The position numbers were made by a program, and so were the translations under genes. A stretch of DNA of 64,000 nt, from assembly GCF_018350175.1 (NCBI RefSeq), contig NC_058369.1, positions 5,520,001 to 5,584,000 of the forward strand. The letters run 5' to 3'. A model generated the notes under the pieces. It saw only the letters and a program-made list of their open reading frames with translations. It was not told where the DNA came from and did not search any database. Shown piece by piece: positions 11,387 to 23,461 of the stretch (positions are counted from its first letter, which is position 1; each line of letters starts with the position of its first letter). Source of the DNA: Felis catus (lineage: Eukaryota).

Positions 11387-11495
11387 GAAGGAGAAGGCCC
11401 CCCAGCCACAGCAGTTGCCACCTGCAGACCTCAAGTCTCTGAAGCAGATCCGGAAGGCAGAGAAAGCCGAGAGGGAGTTCCGGAAGAAGTTCAAG
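11387..11495 (+). CDS. PRAM1: PRAM1 exon 6 (KEKAPQ...EKAEREFRKKFK, helix of the hSH3 domain)
   Basis: ctcag acceptor, AAG|gtgtga donor, phase 2-0. Confidence 0.92.
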
Positions 11496-11610
11496 GTGTG
11501 AACACCACAACTCTGTGAACAGGAGCCCTGGGAGATCTGGCAACAGCCCTAGGTGACCAAAGCCCTGGGGTGACAGCACAAAACAAAAGCTCTAACTTCT
11601 CCCTCCCCAG

Positions 11611-11773
11611 TTTGAGGGGGAGATAGTGATTCAGACAAGGATGATGATCGATCCCAATGCCAAGACGCGTCGCGGGGGTGGCAAGTACCTGGGGATCCGG
11701 CGTGGGGAGATCCTAGAGGTGATCGAGTTCACCAACAAGGATGAGATGCTGTGCCGGGACACCAAGGGCAAAT
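11611..11773 (+). CDS. PRAM1: PRAM1 exon 7 (helically extended SH3 domain)
   Basis: Encodes FEGEIVIQTRMMIDPNAKTRRGGGKYLGIRRGEILEVIEF..., with cag / gtaagt boundaries. Confidence 0.93.
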
Positions 11774-11850
11774 GTAAGTCAGGCCAGAAAGTCCTAGGGA
11801 AACGGGCCACCACCAGCGCCGGGGGCTCACCTATTCCACTTTTTTTGCAG

Positions 11851-11884
11851 ATGGCTACGTGCCCAGAACAGCTCTACTGCCCCT
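11851..11884 (+). CDS. PRAM1: PRAM1 exon 8 (YGYVPRTALLP)
   Basis: tttttgcag / gtgagt boundaries, SH3 GYVP motif. Confidence 0.92.
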
Positions 11885-11978
11885 GTGAGTACTGACTGGC
11901 CCTGGCTGGGGGTGCGGGGTAGGGGGCTGGTCAAGGGGCCGAGGTGACCCTTACTGACCAAGCCGTACTTTCCGCCAG

Positions 11979-12012
11979 GGAAACGGAGGTGTATGATGAT
12001 GTTGGCTTCTAG
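11979..12012 (+). CDS. PRAM1: PRAM1 exon 9 (ETEVYDDVGF*), stop TAG at 12010-12012
   Basis: ccag acceptor, second YDDV motif, TAG followed by G|gtatgt donor. Confidence 0.88.
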
Positions 12013-12160
12013 GGTATGTAGATGCTCTAGGTGGGCTGGAAGGGATCACGGTGCCTGGAAGGAGGTAACCCCTCCCACACCCTGTTTCCCCAAGGGGCTG
12101 CTATCTACTTGGGGGGGGGGGGCGGGTGGGCAATGGAAGTCACCCTCCCTTCCTTGGCAG

Positions 12161-12198
12161 ACCCTCTGGAGAGCCATCCATTCCCCAGGGGACAGTAA
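12161..12198 (+). other. PRAM1: PRAM1 exon 10: ancestral coding tail (DPLESHPFPRGQ*), 3'UTR in this sequence
   Basis: ttggcag acceptor and an open frame to TAA. Resembles the human tail DPLENQPLPLGR as recalled. Confidence 0.75.
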
Positions 12199-12723
12199 GG
12201 CCCACAGGTGTGGGTACCCAGGACAACCTGCCCGCCCAGCCACCTGCTAAACCAGGAGCCTTGGATCCCAGCTTGGCAGTCACAGAACCATCCAGGCTGG
12301 TGCCTGACTACATGCATGAACCACATAAAGCTCCTACTTAAAGCGATCCCTGCTTCTTGTCTTTTCTTTCTCCCCTGACTGGCACCCAATGGAGACATGA
12401 TCTCCTTGGGGGTCTGTGAAGTCGACCCTGTACCCCCACCGTCTCACCCATCAGGGATAGACACCAGGAGAAGTGTGACGAGGAGGTGACAGCAAGGGTA
12501 GGACGCCACATCCAAACACGACAAGCAGTGGCTGCAGCTCCACGCGGGCTGCCAACAGCTGTCTAGCCCAAGTGGACCTATGTATGAGGTCACATCCTGG
12601 TGGACGGGGGAGGGGTGACCCAGTTCTGACAGAGCCCAGGTATCACGCTCCGCCTGAGCTGCTACAGGACTAAACATGCTCGGAAACTCACACCCTGCCT
12701 GGTCTGTGGTAGCTAAGAAACGC

Positions 12724-13053
12724 TGCCTTGGACTGAACATATATACCCCCCCAACACACACAAGTTTCCACGTTGAAAGCCTAATGCCCAATGTGATGGT
12801 ATGTGGGGGGTGAGTGGAATTGGTGTCTTTATAAAAGAGGAATGAGAAGCCTTCTGTCCCTTCCCACCATGTTGAGATTATAGCTACAAAGTGTCATCTA
12901 TGAACCACGATCAGGTACCCTCGCCAGACATGGAATCTGCTAGTGTTTTGATCTTGGACTTCCCAGTCTCCAGGACTGTGGGAAATAAACGTCTGTGTTT
13001 AAGCCGCCCAGTTTATGGTACCTTTGTTATAGCGCCCGAAGTAGACTACGACA
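12724..13053 (+). mobile_element. Solo LTR, MLT1-type (ERVL-MaLR)
   Basis: TG...CA ends, hallmark ttggacttcccagtctccaggactgtgggaaataaa...gtttaagccgcccagtttatggta, degenerate 5-bp TSD aacgc/aaagc. Confidence 0.85.
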
Positions 13054-13388
13054 AAAGCCAAACTGGAAATGAGCCTGACACGATGTCTACGCCCCCAAGA
13101 GGAACTGTAAGCAAGGAGGGGGGATGGCGGCTTTCAGAACCACTAACATCCAAGTGCATGCCAGCACTGGAGAATCCAAGTCCGCTCAGTTTCCAGAGAG
13201 TTCTCCTGAAGTGGCCGAGGACCATGTCCTCCCCCCATCGGCGTCCACACACAAAGCAAGGATGGGGATGCGACCCCCAGTGGCCAGAGCTCCAAGGGTA
13301 GAAGGAAGACTGGTTCTAGCTCCCCAAACCTCAGGTGGGTGCCCCACAACACACACGCAAAAAGCAAGCGTCTTTTCAGGAACTGGTA

Positions 13389-13394
13389 TTTATT
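13389..13394 (-). terminator. HNRNPM polyadenylation signal AATAAA
   Basis: tttatt on the + strand, about 240 nt past the stop. Confidence 0.8.
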
Positions 13395-13632
13395 ATCAAA
13401 GTCATATTCGATGTCAACAAGATGCCACAACTACAAAAAAAATTGCGCACATTGCAATCTCAATGCAAACAGTCAAATGGAACCCCAGTCATTAAAAAAG
13501 TAATTCAAATTACCCCAAAAAGCAACTGAATTTTTTAAACATCTTTATACATCCAGCCAACAAATTAAAATGGTTAACAAGAAAAAATACAAATTCAGAG
13601 GTCTGGTATCGATGTTTAAAAAAGGCAACTGC

Positions 13633-13796
13633 TTAAGCATTTCTATCAATTCGAACATCAATCTCTCGGCCACTCAGCTTCATCCCATTCATCATCCGGC
13701 AGGCTCTCTCAGCCACCTCTGGCGACTCAAACTTAACCACACCGCACCCCTTGGACTTCCCGTTCTCCATCTTGATGTCGGCATACAGCACGTGGC
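13633..13796 (-). CDS. HNRNPM: hnRNP M exon 16 (end of RRM3, ...REIDVRIDRNA*)
   Basis: ccag acceptor, RNP1 KGCGVVKF, TAA at 13635-13633. Confidence 0.96.
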
Positions 13797-14983
13797 CTGG
13801 GCACAGGGAGGGAAGAAGAGACCACAACTCATCAGGCAAACCCAGAGCTCAGCCTCAGTCTGGGCTCCACTCAGTCCAGATCACCTGTTGAATTTCGGTG
13901 GACAGAGTCAAAAGGGAGAGCGGCCCTGGCACATGAATGCTCAGAACGCAGCAGCCGGAACCCAGAGACGATGGCCCTCAAGCCGCGTTGCCATTCTTCT
14001 GCCAAAGGACAATAATGGGACCGGCCCGTGACAAGACCTCCTGGCAGCTTCACACGCGCATACCCTTACGCTCGAGAGAGTTAAAAGGGGGGCCGTGTGC
14101 AGCCAACTTTATAGGTGAATTTTGCAGAGGCTTGGGCTTCAAGTCCCCACACCACATTTGCAAGGCCATCATGATACAATGGACACTCTGTACTGTTCAG
14201 ATATAAGCTGCATCCTAATTAGGGAGTGGGTTTCACATATTTATTCAAGCACTGATTAAGCATCCAGGTATGTGTCAAGCACCATGAAACAAGTCTGTAA
14301 GGGGGAAGAGCAAAGGACAGGACCATGCAGCCTGTGCTAAGGGACCCACGTTTCTAGAGCCATTAACTCAGCCTGAGGGAAGGTCAACATCTCCAGGGCT
14401 TCTCAGCAGAAAGTTCTGAAAGACCTTCACCAGAAGGAAGGAAGACTCTTGCCATCACAGCTCCAAATAAAGCACTTCTGAAAAATGGCACTTGCAACTC
14501 AGGGTTCAGGGACAGGAAGGAGAAAGGAGATGAAAGAGGAGGGACTAAGTTGCAAAGGGGCTGGTGAGTTTCTCTTTTGGCAGCCGGTACCTCCGGGCCT
14601 CTCAGGCCGGAGAGCAGCATGATCCAATCTGACTTTTCAGACTGCCTACTGTACAACGTAGAAACTGAGGAGTGGGGAGAGGGCACGAGGGCGTGCCATG
14701 GCTCAACAGCTGCCCCAAGAGAAGAACCAGGAGAAGCAGCAAAGTGGTGCAATCTGAGCCAACACTGAAACAGGAAATGAGTAAAGACGCTGAGGAAGCC
14801 TTGACCCAGCAAACCGCCCAGACTCCTGGCTTAGGCCTGGGGCTCCCACTTGACAGGGTTAAAAAAACAGAGGTGATGTGAGTGAGGGGCAGGGGTTCAC
14901 CCGGTGACAACTTCACTTCCTTTTGGCCACAAAGCGAACCAAATGGTGGCCTGGTGTGCCGGGAAACCAGAGCCCCTAGGCCT

Positions 14984-15148
<165 letters not shown>

Positions 15149-15579
15149 CCCTGGGAACTCCTGGGCAAGTGCTCTCTGAGGCATGAACCAACAGTGCTGT
15201 GATAGAAAGCAACCTCATCTCAGATCAGTATTTGTTTTATTCAGCTGTCACTTAGAAGCCATGTGACTTTGGGAACGTGACTGCCTGACTCATCTGTAAA
15301 ATGGGGACATCACCTCCTTTCAAAAACCATAGAAGAATGAGGTTGAAATGAGAACACAGGTGAGAAGCGTCTGACACATAAAAGGAAACCCAACAGCTGG
15401 CTCGACTATCTGCACGGGCAGAAGAATGGCAAGTCCCATCAGTCGCGAGTCACGGCAAGTGGCAGTGAAGACCAGGATGGGGGCTTTGCTTCACCCCTCA
15501 AATGCATCGCTAACAAGCTAAGACTTCGGAGGCCACAACACACGGAAGCACCTAGAAAAGCCTTTTCTCAAACACTTAC

Positions 15580-15631
15580 CACATTCGTTGAATTTGTCTT
15601 TTAGCATCTTCCATGTAAAATCAAATGGGAG
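15580..15631 (-). CDS. HNRNPM: hnRNP M exon 15 (LPFDFTWKMLKDKFNEC)
   Basis: ttag / gtaagt, 52 nt. Confidence 0.95.
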
Positions 15632-16237
15632 CTAAAGGGAAAAGGAGAAACTGATGAGTGACACAACCAAATCCTAACACCCTAAATGCATAAACCTCAG
15701 GGTCTCTTGGGGGCGGGGGAGTGGTTCTTGTTGCACCGAGAAACATCTCAAACTGAGACGATCAGCAGAGAACAAAACAAGCCTGCCTGGAATGAGGTTC
15801 TAAACCAGCACACCAAGTACACTTCCTTGTTCAACGTGCAGAAAACGCAGTCGCCTATGGTGAGCGGCCCACAGACCACTCGACAGTAGCTGAAGGTGGT
15901 CAATCTGGTAGAAAGAGAATTTAGATACAGCCCTTTATCCCTCGGTCTGCCACGCCCAGGTGGCAAGGGAATCAAGCCAAGGGAATCGAGCAGCTAGGGT
16001 TCCTGAGCTCACGGTCGGTTCCACCCAGCAGTCCGAGAAGCCCCGGCTCCCGCTGCACACATACCGCGTGCTCTTACGTTCTGCCCTGATCCTACCAGCA
16101 CCAAACTCTGGGGACAGTGGCAAGGTGGCCTTCTGAGCTGCTACTCTGCTCCCCTCCTGGGGGCACCCCCCGACTTCGACCCGCCCCCTCCCCCTCTGTG
16201 CGTACCACCACCAAGAATCTGCCCCAGAGCCACTTAC

Positions 16238-17040
16238 ATTTCTCACAAATATCTGGCAGGCCTTCCTGGCCACCCCAGGAGCATGGCCTCCAGCTCCGCC
16301 AAAGGAACCTGCGAAGCTTCCTCCAAAGTTGCCTCGCTCCATCTCGATGGCGCGGTCAAAGCTGGCACCGCCACCGCCACCCATGGCCAGGCCCATGCGC
16401 TCAATGCCAGCGCCTAGGGCCGGACCCATGGCAGGACCCATGCGCTCCAGGCTGTTGGCGCCCATGCGCTCCAGGCCCATGCGCTCGAGACTGTTGGCGC
16501 CCATTCGCTCCAGGCCCATGCGCTCCAGGTTGTTGGCGCCCATGCGCTCCAGGCCGGTGGCCATGCGATCCATCACAGGGCCCATGCGCTCCAGGCCAGC
16601 CCCCATGCCTGCGGGCACCATGCGCTCCATGCTGAGGCCCATGCGCTCGATGGCAGGGCCCATCCGCTCCACACCAGAGCCCATGCGCTCAATGGTCTGG
16701 CCCACGCGGTCGATGGGCGCGGCCATGCGCTCGAGGCCAAAGCCCATGCCGGCACCCATGCGCTCCACTCCAGAGCCGATGCGCTCCATGGTCTGGCCCA
16801 TGCGCTCGATGCTGGAGGCCATGTGGTCGAGGCCCAGTGGGCCCATACGCTCGATGCCCGAGCCCATGCGCTCAACTGAGCCCATGCGGTCCATGACCAG
16901 GCCCATGCGCTCAATTTCGGAGCCCACGCGATCCATGCCATGGCCCAGGCCTGCGCCCATGCGCTCCATGCCGGCACCCCCAATGCGGTCAATGCCAGGG
17001 CCCATCCTCTCAATCCCAGGGACACTGCCTCCACCTCCAC
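16238..17040 (-). CDS. HNRNPM: hnRNP M exon 14 (GMERM-type hexapeptide repeats, start of RRM3)
   Basis: ORF 15935..17068, ttcag / gtaagt, 803 nt. Confidence 0.97.
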
Positions 17041-18739
17041 CTGAAACAAGGACACAAAACACAGGCAAATATCAGGGACTTGCACACTATGTGCACACAC
17101 CACGCCAGAAAGGTGACCTGGGTACAGAGACCGGGGCACTCCACAAACTCAACCACAGTTCAGGAATTAAGTCCCACGACAATTTATCATGAGACGCCCC
17201 TCAAATGTGGACAACTGTTAAGGCAGGGTAGCGAGGACACCATTCTTCCTATTTCTGTGCCACAGCTGAAATTCCCATAATAAAATTTAAAAAGGGAAAA
17301 AAAGCCACCCTGGAGCACCTGTGTCAAAAAATGTTCTCCACGTTACTTCGGAAGTTCTAGAACTCGTAAACTAGCTCTGTGAGCCACGGTGGTCAATTTC
17401 AGAGAACCTGAGGTCTTCCCACCACCAGACACTGAGAAGTGCTCTCAAGGGAGGAAGCTCCAAAATCCCCACTCAGTCAGCCAGTGTAATGGATTTACTT
17501 GCATTGTATGGGACAATTCAAATCCCTCACAACCTTTATCCTCTCCCAGCTCATCCCTCTCTCAGATGCTGGTGGCCAGTCTGGCTGAACTTCCTTAGCA
17601 CCTCTAGGCATAAAGAAGCTAGCTTACGGCCACATAATTACTAAGAGATAAAGAAAACAAACACCAGTAGAGATCCTCTATGTCTAGACGAACAGACAGC
17701 CACTTCCGGGGAACCTTACTCTGTGAGGAAAACCACTGAATGACTTGTGTGTAACTACTCTGCTGGCTTTCAAGGAAAGAAGTCGATGGCACCGCAGAGT
17801 GGATTCTACAAACAGCCTCAGATCAGTTCTCAGTGCCATGGTTCAGCTGGACACAGGCTGGCAGGTCCCTGCCAGCAGGACCCTGTGAAGGCTGATAACT
17901 CTTGGACAAGGAGGGTCTGGATCCACCACCAAGGCCACTGCCCACCACTTTTCCACATGCAGAGCCTAAGGATCCCCCCTCACCTCACCACCACCAGCAC
18001 CACCTGCCTGTGATGGAAGGGCAGCTGAGCCCACAGCCAGCCCATTACTGATCCGAGCAGCCCGGTGCAACATGTAAATCAAGAGGAAACTCAGTTTCTG
18101 TAAGTGAGTCTCTAACGGACAGAGTGACCTCGCGTCACTCCACTTCTCCATGCCCGTTTCCTTAGTAGCACTTAATAACAGCACACCGAGGGGCAAAACA
18201 TAAACATGGTTTTACAAATATTGACTTCCAAAGCAGAAATTTCTTAGGAACTATTTTTTTTTAAAAAGTAAGATAACTGGAAAGGGTAGGCAGCATGCTC
18301 AAGAGGATCAGAAATCAGGCTGACTCCCCGGATGCCAACAGTAGCAGAGAACTAGGAAAAAACGGTGCCCACGTGGAGTTCTAGAATCAGCACACCACAG
18401 AAATAACCAGCAAATGGAGTAACCAAGGAAATGTCAAACAGAGCCATGGGTGGGGGAAATCAAGCTGAAAAAGTACATTTAGTTTTCACTACCCATTAAA
18501 AAAAAGCACATTAATGGAAGCATATATTCCAAAATGTTTACAATACTCCTCACAGGGCAGCGCAATTGCAGAGATTTACTTTCTGTATAATTTTTTGAAT
18601 CTTAGTAAGGGTACATATAAATACTTTAGTAATTATTTGTTAGGTATGGAAGTAGTAGGCTTTTGTAATTAAGTATTTACTTTTAGGAATTTGTAATTTT
18701 ATAGTATTTAAAACAAACCCCCAAATTACACGGACATTA

Positions 18740-18970
18740 TAACGACAATGGCCAATGCTTACATAGCACCTAGTAGGTACACTTTTCTATGCATTAATTC
18801 ATTTACTCTGCACAACAACCCTATGAGGTAGGTACCATTATATTCCCATTTTACAGTATGGAAAACAGAGGTTCAGTAACTTGCCAAATGTCACACAGCT
18901 AGGAAGAGACAGAGCTGGTTCCCACCCAGGCAGTCTGTTTTAGAGCCCGTGCTTTTCACCACTACACTCT
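18740..18970 (-). mobile_element. MIR
   Basis: caacaaccctatgaggtaggt...cccattttacag...acttgccaaatgtcacacagct core. Confidence 0.8.
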
Positions 18971-19032
18971 ACTATCCCCGTTAATAACAGCCTATTCTAA
19001 AAATCAAAACATCAAAACTAAGCGTTTCCTAC

Positions 19033-19086
19033 CTCCTCCCTGCTTTGCAATGATCTCTCCTCTCTTCAGTGCATTACTTAGGATTT
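19033..19086 (-). CDS. HNRNPM: hnRNP M exon 13 (EILSNALKRGEIIAKQGG)
   Basis: ttag / gtagga, 54 nt, phase 1-1. Confidence 0.93.
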
Positions 19087-21189
19087 CTAAGGAAATCAGG
19101 AAGAAAAAAAAATTAGCCAAATTTCTCTATGGTAACAGAAACTTGTTTATTACAGATTCCAGAGTAAGAATATTACTAATTTAAAAATAAAACAAGGGAC
19201 AGGGGAAGGGGTTAAGAAATACACACACAGAGACAAGATCATTTTACTGGAAAACCGTTAAGTCCTTGATGATGGGTCATGATATTAGGATCCCATGTAG
19301 CTCCAGAGTCTGAGGCCCAGTTGGCAACACCATCTGGGAATGCATCCAGCAGAGCTAAGGAAGACCAGTGTGCACCAATGAACTGAAACTGAGAAAGTCA
19401 GAGCAAGAATGGGGCCAGCAGCAGTTTTCTCAAGCAGTCCAGACCCTCAGCGCTCACACTGAAGCCTGCGCTCATCCTCCCAGATGCAACCAACACCTCA
19501 CGGTTGTCCTTTAGAGCAAACTAAAGTTGTGGTTACTTACACTCGCTGCCCAAACCCTGAAACGCAGCAGCAACCGCCCGCAGCACTGAAGCGTGACCTC
19601 ATTAAGTCGTGCAGGGACTCCAGCAAGCTGAGCCCACCAGCCCCACCTGGAAGGAGCTGGGGGTGATGCTGACTAAAGTGACAAAGCTTCAGGAAAATAA
19701 AACCCCCAACACAGCCAAAACTCATCCAACACCTCGTCCAAAGGAGAAAACACTGTCGCCTGCTTGCCAACAATTCATCCGAATCTTTAAAGTCTGTCCG
19801 CACATCTCATTTTAGGCCCATGACCGCAGAGAGTAACCCTGAGCCCACAGCTGTTTCTGGTGCTACCTGCTAAAGGAAGGACACAGGGAAGCACACACCT
19901 CCAGCCTGCAAGCACAGGGCTCACTTATTCCTCCGTGACACCTGTGATCCTGCTCAGCATACCCAGGCCTAGGTTCACCTTCCTAAAACGGCACTTAGAT
20001 CAAACTATTCCTGCACGCATCCTTCACCATCAGCCCACCACTGATTTAAAGAGAAAGGAAAAATTCTTTTCATGGGCAAAGACCTCCCTGTCCTATGACT
20101 TGAACCTGTTCTCCCCACCGCAGGTAGACCCTCACCTCCAAACCTCTGCATCTGATGCTGTCAGCGCTCTTTATCTGCCAGCACACCCTCTACCTATGCT
20201 GAACCCTCTCAGACACCCAGCCCCTCCAGCTTAAACCACATCTCCTGCACTCATCTTTTTGTATTCCTGCTTGGATCCCGTGCTCTCTGAACAGAGCACT
20301 TCTATCAACCACCGAGAGCAGTGCTTTTTCAAATCTTAACACAGAGAGAAAATGATCACCTTTGGGTGGTGCTCACATGGCTGCCAAGGGCCAAGGAACC
20401 AACATTTCCACTGGCACCCTCACTAGGCCTCTTCTACCAGAGGGGCCTCTGGTGCTGCCCTGAGCCACCGGGCATCACCTCCACAGCTGCCATCACCTCC
20501 TTCGAGATCAAGAAACACACAACTATCTCCCTGTACCACCAAGTACAGTGGCCTGCAGAAACCAGGGCAAAGATCTACTGCCTTGATAGAAGGGACAATG
20601 AATGGGGAGGCCCTACAGAAAATACCACCAAAATGATTCCACTTGCGGGGGGGGGGGGGGGGGGGATCAAGAACTGAATATAAAAACAAACAAAACAAAA
20701 AATACTAGTCTGAAAACCCAACTTAAACTTATTTGGTACAAAGACACTTTTACTAAAGTGGGTCTGACCACAAGGAGCAACAGAAATTCCAGAACAAAGC
20801 CCTCTGCTCCTGCCCCTGTCACTGTGCAAGGCCTCAGCACAGAGAGACAAGGGAGGGATGGCAAAGTAGCAGGAGACAGCAAGGCCTACAAGATGACACT
20901 TCTATTCAGGTCAGGACAGAAGACTCTCCTGCTGCCACGAGAAGTAACGACCTCACCAGATCCACCTCCCGCACCTCTGCGAGAAACGAGGTGAAGGCTG
21001 CCAGCCTCATCACGGAGGCGAGAGGCACCACAGAGGGGCAAAGGATTAAAGGCTCAGGGCAGGAACAAGTGCCTGTGGGAGCAAAGCCATGTGCCATCTT
21101 GTTCTTCTCACCTCAGGATCCACAAATCGCTACTTGCAGCCAAAGGACTGTAAGTTTTCACATGTTTTTTAAACTACCCAGCCACTCTT

Positions 21190-21430
21190 GGGGCACCTGG
21201 GTGGCTCAGTCGGTGAAGTGTCCAACTTCAGCTCAGGTCATGATCTCGTGGTTGGGGAGTTCAAGCCCCGCATCGGGCTCTGTGCCGATAGCTCAGAGCC
21301 TGGAGCCTGTTTCAGATTCTGTGTCTCCCTCTCTCTCTGCCCCTCCCCCGCTCACGCTCTGTCTCTCTCTCTCTCTCAAAAATAAATGTCAAAAAAAAAA
21401 ATGTTTTTTAATAAAAAAATAAGTAAAAAC
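21190..21430 (+). mobile_element. Can-SINE (SINEC_Fc-like)
   Basis: tRNA-derived head ggggcacctgggtggctcagtcggt, (CT)n, A-rich tail. Confidence 0.92.
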
Positions 21431-22633
21431 AAAACACCCGGCCATTCCATGACACAAAAAGCAAAGCCAGACAGTAAGAAACTTTTAACTGACCTAGTCG
21501 CATACAGATTATGAATTCATCCCCCAAATTCTACAAATCTGAAATAATCTAGAATAAAGTTATAGACAGTCATATCAAACATACAAAAAAAAAAAAAAAA
21601 AAAAAGTAAATCGTCACTACCCGCCTGGTAAGACACAAGAAAGTCAGTCCTTCCAGCTACCTCACATGCGGGGAGGGAAAAAGAAACAGAAGTCTCCCCA
21701 AACTCAGAGTAAAAGGAAAACAGTTTCTAATAGTTCCTGGTTTCCATGGAGAACACAAACACAAAGAGGATGGGAGTCCCAGAGATAACCCACAGAAGAA
21801 TCTTGTCTCACTGATGAACTGGATGATGACTCTTTCTACAGCCTTCATAAATTCTAAGAATACAACTAACACAAAGAAGACAAAAAGGAGCTTAAAACCT
21901 CACACCTAACTCAATGGGTCCCCTAAAGACAGAGGCTGAGCCCTCTGCGGCAGCCACCTAGCAGCCTCACATCTGCACAGAAGGAGAAGCAGGTAAACAT
22001 GGGGGAAGAGTGCAGACCGATGCTCCAACTCTGCTTGGACAGAAACAAACTTAACAGTGCAGAAATGGACAATCTCTTTGCGTCATACTAACGAAGAACT
22101 AAGCTGACAGATTCTCAGAAACATCTAAACTCAAAACAGCAGGGAGGGGAGAGACACTCCGGGCAATGCAACCAAAACTGAAACGAAAGTTTCTCTGCAC
22201 TTAGGCCCAATACTCCAGGCCTTCCAGCACCAGAACACGTCTCTAGTTCCCTGAGGCCTCTTGTAAAGGCACCAGCAATCACACCACACCATCCGCTACC
22301 TAGAGCACCATGGCGCCCTGGACAAGGGGACTCACATCCCGCTCAGCAGGGCCTCAGAAGCCACTACCGCACTAGATAGCCAGTGCTGTGTAAATGCAGC
22401 AGCTTTAACTCCCTCGGCAAGCAAACACCTTATACCGATGCAGCCAAAGAAGCCATTTGAAAAGACTATAAAGGAAACTGGTGCTATTGATACGAATAAA
22501 AAATTCAAGGACCAAAAGCTTTTACCTAAGTCCAGAAAACAATGTTTTAAAAGACGATGGAAAGATAGCGGACTCTGCTTAAGAAAGAACCTCTGAGCTG
22601 AGCATGAGCCCCGCTCACGTGGGGCCTTCTTAC

Positions 22634-22732
22634 CCATGCCTCTGCCATGGGGCTGTCCAGAGCTTCGAAACATTCCCATCTTGTTTCTGGCAAAGTCTCT
22701 CTCAAATCCTCCACCCAAGCCACGCTCCATCT
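22634..22732 (-). CDS. HNRNPM: Candidate extra in-frame HNRNPM cassette exon (EMERGLGGGFERDFARNKMGMFRSSGQPHGRGM)
   Basis: taatgatttcttccacag acceptor, G|gtaaga donor, 99 nt, phase 1-1, no stop, hnRNP-M-like M/G/R peptide. Not needed for the 730-aa canonical product. Confidence 0.6.
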
Positions 22733-23461
22733 CTGTGGAAGAAATCATTATCCTAGGCCTTTCCAGGAATCCCTCTGGGCTTTAGACATGAATAAAACAA
22801 ATTACAGGCACACAGCAGCCAGCACCAAGTCAGCACGCTTACTTTTCTAGGAGAAAACTATCACTCATCCCTTATTCCTTACAAAGGTCCCCTCACCTCA
22901 AGTGAGTCCCTGCAAACCACCTACCTACCTTCAATCCACCAAAGACTAACTGATGACTTTCGTTACAGTCACACGGTGGCTACACCAAGCCACTACAGCA
23001 ATGGGATGCATCCACGCTGTGTCACAGGAAGCAGCAGCTACAGCTCTCGGTTACTTCCCAAGCACCCCGCCCCACCCACAGCGTTCCGGGGGGCGCCAGC
23101 AGTCCACGGAATCCGCCCAACAGCCTGCACACCTCTATCACCCTCCACCATCATGGCCCCTTTACAAAGAAACTAAGGCTCAAATGACTTAGTAACCTGA
23201 CCAAGGCCACCTGCCTGCTATGGGATGAGGCAAAGGCTGGAACCTATAAGCCCAATGCAAAAACCCAAGCTCTCCCAACATAAGCACATCCAAGGAGAAT
23301 CCAGAAACATCCCTGCAGTATAACATGCCTTCTCCAGGATCAACTGTAGTGGTCTCCTCTACACAAGACACTGGTAACTTCATTACTTTTTTCTACATTC
23401 ACAGCAAGAGTTACGTTTTGCAATGCCTTAAAAAACAAAACAAAACAAAACAAAAAAAACA

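Noticed and set aside
16329..17192. 287-aa + strand ORF (PMRS repeats)
   Set aside because: Antisense shadow of the repetitive HNRNPM exon 14, with no independent gene signals.
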